DNA of 49,754 nucleotides, taken from contig CAVYAN010000011.1 of assembly GCA_963766075.1 (NCBI GenBank), positions 1-49,754 on the forward strand, given 5' to 3'. A program made the position numbers and the translations under genes. The stretch is from an uncultured cyanobacterium (GTDB lineage: Bacteria; Cyanobacteriota; Cyanobacteriia; Leptolyngbyales; Leptolyngbyaceae). A model generated the notes under the pieces. That model was given only the letters and a program-made list of their open reading frames with translations, did not search any database and had not been told where the DNA came from. Position 1 is the stretch's first letter, and each line of letters begins with the position of its first letter. Positions 41,180-49,754 of this stretch are shown here, one piece after another.

Positions 41180-42048
41180 CCCTTTAGCCCCCGCGATCGC
41201 CGCGAGACATAGCGTACCGGGGCGACTACGTTATACAGCAGTTTGGAGGCAGACTCCCATCGGCGCAGCACGGGCCAGTTCCAGGATTGCTGTCGCGCTT
41301 TGCGATACACAGTGGCACTACTGCCCGCACAGGGACCCACTTTCTCTAACCCCATTAATTGGGCAAATTGATCAAAGGTGTAGCGCAAATGAAACGTACA
41401 AGGCAAATGGCACGCAATCACCGGATGGAAACAGTTGGCAATCACTAAATATCCAGAAAGTCGCACCCGATCAATCATTGCAGCAAAGGTGTCCAGCGGA
41501 TCGGGAACATGCTCCAGCACATCTGTGCTCACTAGACAATCATAGGCTCCGTCTAGATTGTCAATAAACCGCACCTTGGGGTAGGCAGCAATTTTTTGGT
41601 GGGCCATGGCATGGGGATGGGGCTCAAAAATATCGACAGAAATCTGGGGACAGGCATCGGCAATGCATCGGGCTAATGTACCAAACCCACCGCCATAGTC
41701 CAGTAGGGTCTGAATGTCAGCCTGTTGCTGTAGCCACTGGGCGATCGCCTGCCGCTGCCCCCGCGACTCAACATCGTGCTCCACAAACAGCCCATTCAAC
41801 AACCAAATGGGGTGGGCATAGAACTGGTCCATTTTTTGACGCAGGCGATCGCTCTGCAATCGCTTAGCATCACAGCCGATTTCTCCCCACACAGTATCCA
41901 TCAGGTGCCACAAATCAACCAGTGTGGGTGGCAGTGTGAGTGGCAGCGTGGGCGGCATGGCCTGACTCAGCCCCAGTAGTCGGTGTAGCTCTGCGCACTC
42001 TGACACGGTTAATTGGGATTCATCAATCCTAAATTCTGGCATCATCAT
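41176..42048 (-). CDS. Class I SAM-dependent methyltransferase
   Basis: LLDYGGGFG and DVLEHVPDP motifs. Confidence 0.85.
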   Translation of the reverse strand: MMMPEFRIDESQLTVSECAELHRLLGLSQAMPPTLPLTLPPTLVDLWHLMDTVWGEIGCDAKRLQSDRLRQKMDQFYAHPIWLLNGLFVEHDVESRGQRQAIAQWLQQQADIQTLLDYGGGFGTLARCIADACPQISVDIFEPHPHAMAHQKIAAYPKVRFIDNLDGAYDCLVSTDVLEHVPDPLDTFAAMIDRVRLSGYLVIANCFHPVIACHLPCTFHLRYTFDQFAQLMGLEKVGPCAGSSATVYRKARQQSWNWPVLRRWESASKLLYNVVAPVRYVSRRSRGLKG

Positions 42049-42070
42049 TTCCCATCGTCAGTAACTGGCA

Positions 42071-43024
42071 TTATCTCTGGCTGTCCGGCAACTCATTCCG
42101 CGTAAACTGTCGCCAGGTTTTGCGGAGCTTAGCCTTGATTCGCATCGGCAAGGTTTCATTAAACAGGGTATTTTCAATGTAGCGATCGGCAGACGCATGG
42201 CGTAGCAAAAACAGGGGATGTTTTAGGGGAAACACCATCGCCTGAGTCGGCAATGCAGCATAGGGACTCGTCTTGTCCTTGGTATGGGTCGCTTCCGCAT
42301 GAAAGCCAATATTGGTGACCAAATTTCTATCCGGATGGATATGCCAGCCGTTCTGCAAAAAACAGCTAAACATCAGCACAAAATCCCAGGCATCTATTTT
42401 TTCTTCATAGGTGATTTGAAAAACGTGATGCCAATGCTTCACTGCCCGCGGATTTTGCAGAATATCATCTAACCAGTTACTCTGCTTCACCGTTGGCCAA
42501 TGCTGCATGGCGGCATCATACTGCTGCCAAACGCGCCGCCAGGTGGCCCATCCCCACCCATGGTGGTAGCGAGAAAAATAATAGCTATCCGGAACGGACA
42601 CACAATTGAACAGAAAATTATCTCCAGAGATAGTCATCACCCGTTGGTCATGGCGATAGCGATCTAATAATATTTCGCAAAACGGAAAGAACGTGGCATC
42701 AGGGAGACAGTCATCTTCCAGAATGATAGCTGCTTCGACCTGCGAAAAGACCCAGTCTAATCCGGTGGCTACCCGTGCACGAGATCCCAGATTCACGTCG
42801 GAGTAGTGTTTGAAAACAGCACAATCCCAATCCACCTGATCCACAATCGCCCGGGCAGCCGCACAGGTCGCTGTGTCTTGGGGGCGATCGCCCCTCGGTC
42901 CATCAGCAATCACCCAGAGTTGCTGAGGACGAGCGCGACGAATCGCTTCAAAGACCCGAGCAGTTGGATCTGGGCGGTTAAAAATGATCAACACAACGGG
43001 CGTTTGCACAGGGAAATCAGACAT
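42071..43024 (-). CDS. GT-A fold nucleotide-diphospho-sugar transferase (HlpA-like)
   Basis: PVVLIIFNRP, IADGPR, IILEDDCLP, WGWATWRR and NLVTNIGF motifs. Confidence 0.85.
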   Translation of the reverse strand: MSDFPVQTPVVLIIFNRPDPTARVFEAIRRARPQQLWVIADGPRGDRPQDTATCAAARAIVDQVDWDCAVFKHYSDVNLGSRARVATGLDWVFSQVEAAIILEDDCLPDATFFPFCEILLDRYRHDQRVMTISGDNFLFNCVSVPDSYYFSRYHHGWGWATWRRVWQQYDAAMQHWPTVKQSNWLDDILQNPRAVKHWHHVFQITYEEKIDAWDFVLMFSCFLQNGWHIHPDRNLVTNIGFHAEATHTKDKTSPYAALPTQAMVFPLKHPLFLLRHASADRYIENTLFNETLPMRIKAKLRKTWRQFTRNELPDSQR

Positions 43025-43236
43025 GATGATGCCGCTTGGCCAGCGGGACACGGGGATTGACTCTTTCCTGGACAATTTTACTCGCCGCTACCCATTTCCC
43101 TCCATAGTGACCTTGGGCAGTGACCTTGAGCCTCAAGATTTCCCCAGGGATTCAAGTCTGACGCCATTCGATGGGTAGAGTAAGGAAAGACGAAACTCAC
43201 ACGCACTAGCATTCCCTATCCCCGACAAGACCTATC

Positions 43237-44049
43237 ATGACGGCTCCCTCCCGCATTCCCCCACTTATGCGTCCGCTACTGCGCGTGCCCTATCGAATGG
43301 CGCTGGGGCTAATGGGCATCCAACCCGCATCGCTCAAGCAAAATATCCTAGGCTTGCCACCTTTCCTGCGCGATTGGCTTGCCTATCGCCAGCAAAGCTC
43401 GACCAACGAGGCATTTCCGGCAACTCTGGCCCATGTTTATCCTTGTTTAGGAGATCGCAATGAAACCGCTGCCACCCTGGGCGAATATTTTCACCAGGAT
43501 CTCTGGGTAGCCCAAAAAGTGTTTGCGGCGAGTCCACTGGAGCACTGGGATATTGGTTCCCGCATCGATGGCTTTATCGCCCACTTACTTACCTTTCGCA
43601 GTGTCAACGTAATTGATACATCCGCCCGCTGTACAGCACCACGATTCCCGGTTTGGTGTTCCATCAAGGCAGCATTACAACTCTGCCCTTAGCCAATGAC
43701 TCGGTGGCCTCCCTATCTTGCCTGCATACAGTCGAAACATATCGGCTTAGGGCGCTACGGCGATCGCGTCGATCCCACAGGGTGGGCAAAAGGCGACTAA
43801 ATAAGCTGCAACGCATTCGACCCGGCGGGTAGGCTCTGATTTCTCCGTTCCCATTGGCCAACAACGGGTGGAATTTAATGCCGATCGTGTTTTCAGCCCC
43901 ACCACAATTCTAAAACCTTTTCCGCCCTCAGTCTCGTTGAATTTGTTGCCGTCAATCATCAGGGAATTTTGCCCTCAACCCAACCCCAAGATTTCCAGGA
44001 TATTCCCTATGCCTGTGGAATTTTTGTGTTCACCAAACCCCAGCCTTGA
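43237..44049 (+). pseudogene. DUF268-family methyltransferase-like gene with several frameshifts
   Basis: YFHQDLWVA and DIGSRIDGFIAH, then in shifted frames SLSCLHTVE, HIGLGRYGD, VEFNADRVF and YACGIFVFTK*. Confidence 0.78.
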
Positions 44050-44087
44050 AGGACTGAGACTATGGTTTACTGAGTCGATCCCGCTCG

Positions 44088-45425
44088 ATGTTCCTCAAAC
44101 TCCTCGCCAATATCCAGAAAAAGAGTCCTAACTTTCGGAAAATCGCGGCCAATATTATCTGGCTATTGGCAGACAAATTTTTGGGCATGGTTACAGGGCT
44201 TTTCGTCGGCATTTGGCTGGCACGTTATCTTGGTCCAGCTCAGTTTGGGGTTTATAGCTATGCACTTTCATTTGTAGCCCTGTTTAATCCCATCATTAGT
44301 ATGGGGCTGCGGGATATTGTCGTGCGAGATTTAGCCCGCGATCGGGAAAACCAATACGAAATTCTGGGAAGTGCTAGTTTAATTTATATTGGAGGCGGCA
44401 TTGCGGCCCTTATTTTATCCACAGTTTTAATTTTAGTCCTAGCACCGAGCGATCGCATCGTACAACAGTTGGTGCTGATTATGGCGATCGCCATGCCTCT
44501 ACAATCCTTTGACATCATTGATATTTGGTTTCAATCTCAAGTGCAATCCAAATACACGGTCGTTGCCAAACGTAGTGCCAATCTAATCGCGGCCAGCGCC
44601 CGCATTTTCTTAATCCTGACCCATGCTTCGATGACAGCATTTGCCTGGATTTTTGTTCTCGAAACATTATTGACTGGCCTAGGATTATGGATCATTTATC
44701 AACAGCAGGGCAATAGGATGTGGCAGTGGCGATCGCCACTGCCGCGTGTGCAATCTTTAATGCAAGAGTCTGTTCCGCTTTTGTTTGCCGGAATTGCTGT
44801 ATATGTATATTCCAAAATCGATCAGGTCATGCTAGGCACGTTATTGGCGGATAAGTCTCAGTTAGGGTTCTATTCCACAACCGTAAAGGTTGCCGAAATC
44901 TTTGACTTCCTGCCCGTGATTATTGCTTCTTCGGCATTGCCGGAGTTGACTCGTGCTAAAGATTCTCTGCAAAACTATCCACAGAAAATGCAAGTCTATT
45001 TCGATATTATGATGTGGCTCTGGCTATTGATTGCCATCCCAATCGCCCTATTTTCTACCCCAATTATGACCACCCTCTATGGGGATTCCTACCGCGCTGC
45101 TGGGCCGCTGCTGAGCCTTTATATTTGGGGACAATTTGGCAATAATCTGGGCTTAGCCCGCAGTTCCTTTCTAATCATCGAGCACAAGCTCCAGTATTCT
45201 CTTTATCTCTGCATAGGCGGTGCGATGATTAATATTCTACTAAATGCCATGCTGATTCCAAAATATCAAGCTCTAGGTGCAACCATTGCTACAGTATCCA
45301 CTTACATTATTATAATTTTTGGGATTAACTTCTGGATTGATGACTTGAAGCCCGTAGGCTGGATGACGGTGCGATCACTTAATTTTTATCAAGCTATTTC
45401 TCGACTGAAGCAACTCCTAAACTAA
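44088..45425 (+). CDS. Wzx-type polysaccharide flippase
   Basis: ARYLGPAQFG and IDQVML motifs; about 12 TM helices. Confidence 0.9.
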   Translation: MFLKLLANIQKKSPNFRKIAANIIWLLADKFLGMVTGLFVGIWLARYLGPAQFGVYSYALSFVALFNPIISMGLRDIVVRDLARDRENQYEILGSASLIYIGGGIAALILSTVLILVLAPSDRIVQQLVLIMAIAMPLQSFDIIDIWFQSQVQSKYTVVAKRSANLIAASARIFLILTHASMTAFAWIFVLETLLTGLGLWIIYQQQGNRMWQWRSPLPRVQSLMQESVPLLFAGIAVYVYSKIDQVMLGTLLADKSQLGFYSTTVKVAEIFDFLPVIIASSALPELTRAKDSLQNYPQKMQVYFDIMMWLWLLIAIPIALFSTPIMTTLYGDSYRAAGPLLSLYIWGQFGNNLGLARSSFLIIEHKLQYSLYLCIGGAMINILLNAMLIPKYQALGATIATVSTYIIIIFGINFWIDDLKPVGWMTVRSLNFYQAISRLKQLLN

Positions 45426-45484
45426 TTATTTTTATTGATTAATTGAGTTAATTTCACTTTGATTGATTCAATAGGGGACAATCC

Positions 45485-46753
45485 ATGCTGCCCATCAAGC
45501 CCACACTGCAATATGCTGCCTCCTGCCCCTACTGCGGCGGCGACCTCCAATCCCAGGCCATTTTGTGGACAGGAATGCACCTATGTTCCGAATCTCATTG
45601 TTCCCAATGCCAAGCCGAAATTATTGACGCACTCCCCATCGCCCACGGACTGCATTACCCCTATCAAGTGAGCTTAAAAAATCAGCAAGTCTTGGGAGAT
45701 TTACGGGCGCGGGACTGGTTAGGAGATCCCCTGTTGCGATCGCCGCAACATCCCAACTCCACGCCCATCATGCTCCAAAAAACCATCCTCCGCCCCGCGC
45801 GGCAGGTAATTATTCTCAATTGTATTGATTTTTTGTACGGGCACTGCCTTCTCAAACTGCTCAATGCCCAGCGCCACCTCGACCATCAGCCAGAGTATGG
45901 ACTGGTGGTGATTGTGCAGAAATTCCTGGAATGGCTCGTTCCTGATGGCGTGGCCGAAATCTGGACAGTGGATGTGCCCTTGAGATCGGGGCAGGATTAT
46001 TTTCCGAGTTTGAACGTGGCGATCGCCCAAGAACTCCAGCGGTTTGACACTGTCCAAGTGAGTGAAGCCTTTTCCCATCCATCGGACTTTGATATTGAAC
46101 GGTTCACTAAAATTCCCAAACACGACTTCACTGCTGCCCTGCCTCGCATTACCTTTATTTGGCGCGACGATTGCCCCTGGATTGATGCCCCCCTGCTGCG
46201 CGGGTTGAGACAATGGGGGCTACCTCAGTTCGCTTGGATGGTGCAAAATTGGAAAGTTCGCCGACTGTTGGCCAACATCCGTGCCCATCTGCCCACGGCC
46301 CAATTCACCGTCGCGGGTTTAGGACGTGCCACCCGATTCCCTGCCTGGATTGAGGATCGGCGCGTGCACCAATTTACCCCGGATCTAGAGCGCGAACAGT
46401 GCCAAATCTATAGCCAAAGTCGGCTTGTCATTGGTATCCACGGCTCTAATATGTTACTGCCCTCAGGACAAGCGGGCATGACCCTCAATTTGTTCCGCGA
46501 TCGCCGCATTGGCAACTTTGCCCAAGATATGCTCTATCAGGAATCGGATCCGAGAATCGCCGCCTATCGCTATCGCTATCTGCCTAGCACAGTCTCTCCG
46601 GAACGCACGGCTCGGATTGCGATCTCCATGATTTTAGGATTTGCCGAATTTGCTGTCGCCATGGCCCCAACGGCTCCCGCCGGAAACAGCAGCAGAAACA
46701 GCCGTGAGAAAACCACCTCCCATCATCAAACCGCCCCCCACCCGGATGGTTGA
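45485..46753 (+). CDS. Hypothetical protein of the polysaccharide cluster (N-terminal CxxC pairs, GT61-like tail)
   Basis: CPYC...CSQC, ILNCIDFLYGH and LVIGIHGSNM motifs. Confidence 0.7.
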   Translation: MLPIKPTLQYAASCPYCGGDLQSQAILWTGMHLCSESHCSQCQAEIIDALPIAHGLHYPYQVSLKNQQVLGDLRARDWLGDPLLRSPQHPNSTPIMLQKTILRPARQVIILNCIDFLYGHCLLKLLNAQRHLDHQPEYGLVVIVQKFLEWLVPDGVAEIWTVDVPLRSGQDYFPSLNVAIAQELQRFDTVQVSEAFSHPSDFDIERFTKIPKHDFTAALPRITFIWRDDCPWIDAPLLRGLRQWGLPQFAWMVQNWKVRRLLANIRAHLPTAQFTVAGLGRATRFPAWIEDRRVHQFTPDLEREQCQIYSQSRLVIGIHGSNMLLPSGQAGMTLNLFRDRRIGNFAQDMLYQESDPRIAAYRYRYLPSTVSPERTARIAISMILGFAEFAVAMAPTAPAGNSSRNSREKTTSHHQTAPHPDG

Positions 46754-46770
46754 CCCCATTACCCCAACAA

Positions 46771-47610
46771 TCAGACCGGATCACTCCACTCGTCCACTCG
46801 CTCCACCGCCAGTCCAGTGATCTGAGCCACCTGTGCCACCGACATTCCCAACTGCAACAGGTGCTTTACCGTTTGCCTCAACTGAGCCTCGGCTTGCTCA
46901 GCCCGCTGCTGCTCAGCTTCAGCTCGTTGTTGCTCAGCTTCAGCCCGCTGCTGCTCGACTTCTGTATCCGTCGGCATCCAATGGCCCTGCTGATCGCACC
47001 AGCGCAGCCACAACCGGGAGACCCCGGCAAAAACGCCCTGCCATAGCCCTAAACCCGCCTTTAACTCTGGAATCCAGACTTTAGGATTCGCAGGATTCAG
47101 AGCTTGTTCTTGATAGTGAGCCCCCACCAGTTGAAAAAACCGGATCTGACCGTTGTGGCGATTGAACACCACATAGTAGGGCACCCGCAGAATCCGTTCA
47201 TACACGTCCCATTTGCGTGGGGGTTTCGAGCGTAATGCACCGTTAGCTACAAGATTCTCGGGGGCAGGGAGCCTGCGCTCCTCCCTGGCCCGCATTACGT
47301 CAGCACTATCTGCCGTGAGGTCCTCCGTACTGTCCTCAGATTGCGGATCGGCATAGTCCCCTAAATCGTCCTGGGCGGTACCTGGAGAGAGCAACTCCAC
47401 CACCACAAAGGGGACAACGCCTTCCTGCCAGATCACATAGCTCGATCGCAGGTCCGTGCCATCGTAAAGGCGCGGCACATCCACCGCCAAAAACCAATCC
47501 GCCCGCTTGTACCAGAGTGGATGGCGCACATCGTAATACAGATTCAGGTCAGACCCAGTAAAGATGCGGTCTGCCGCATAGTCCACCAAATGCAGCGTGC
47601 GGCTGAGCAG
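46771..47610 (-). CDS. Uma2 (DUF820) family endonuclease, 5'-truncated at the junction
   Basis: DLNLYYD, VVVELLSPGT, KWDVYERILRVPYY and LRWCD motifs, with EQQRAEA repeats. The frame is open up to the adapter at 47611. Confidence 0.9.
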   Translation of the reverse strand: MLSRTLHLVDYAADRIFTGSDLNLYYDVRHPLWYKRADWFLAVDVPRLYDGTDLRSSYVIWQEGVVPFVVVELLSPGTAQDDLGDYADPQSEDSTEDLTADSADVMRAREERRLPAPENLVANGALRSKPPRKWDVYERILRVPYYVVFNRHNGQIRFFQLVGAHYQEQALNPANPKVWIPELKAGLGLWQGVFAGVSRLWLRWCDQQGHWMPTDTEVEQQRAEAEQQRAEAEQQRAEQAEAQLRQTVKHLLQLGMSVAQVAQITGLAVERVDEWSDPV

Positions 47611-47660
47611 AGCAATACGTACCCTTTATGTTGTTGTTCTTCGTTACGTTACGTATTGCT
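47611..47660. other. Oxford Nanopore ligation adapter pair (chimeric junction)
   Basis: AGCAATACGTA...TTCTTCGTTACGTTACGTATTGCT matches adapter TACTTCGTTCAGTTACGTATTGCT and its reverse complement. Confidence 0.92.

Positions 47661-49754
<2,094 letters not shown>

Overview
Positions 1-47610 are chromosomal DNA from a cyanobacterium, shown by the psbB/psbT/psbM/psbO genes and frequent HIP1 GCGATCGC octamers. The left ~5.7 kb, downstream of a tRNA-Cys gene, is accessory DNA. It holds a three-gene operon (one unknown protein plus two tandem BrxD/DUF2791-like P-loop ATPases, with no other BREX genes). It also holds an integron-like array with no visible integrase: a putative attI, a gene-less cassette, an attC site, and an AT-rich cassette ORF interrupted by an ISKra4-family element with a -1 frameshift. 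The middle is mostly housekeeping genes: hisC, PSII genes, ileS, coaX, proS, rpmI-rplT, rplU-rpmA, cobO, speY, cysE, moaE, pyrB and ABC components. speY is preceded by a candidate leader-peptide attenuator. A surface-polysaccharide cluster lies at 38.1-46.8 kb. At 47611-47660 there are back-to-back Oxford Nanopore adapter sequences, followed by 2.1 kb of high-GC, HIP1-free DNA from another bacterium (MlaE-like permease, ligA). The window is therefore very probably a chimeric long read or assembly, and the scattered frameshifts are probably sequencing errors. All calls come from reading motifs by eye; no searches were run.
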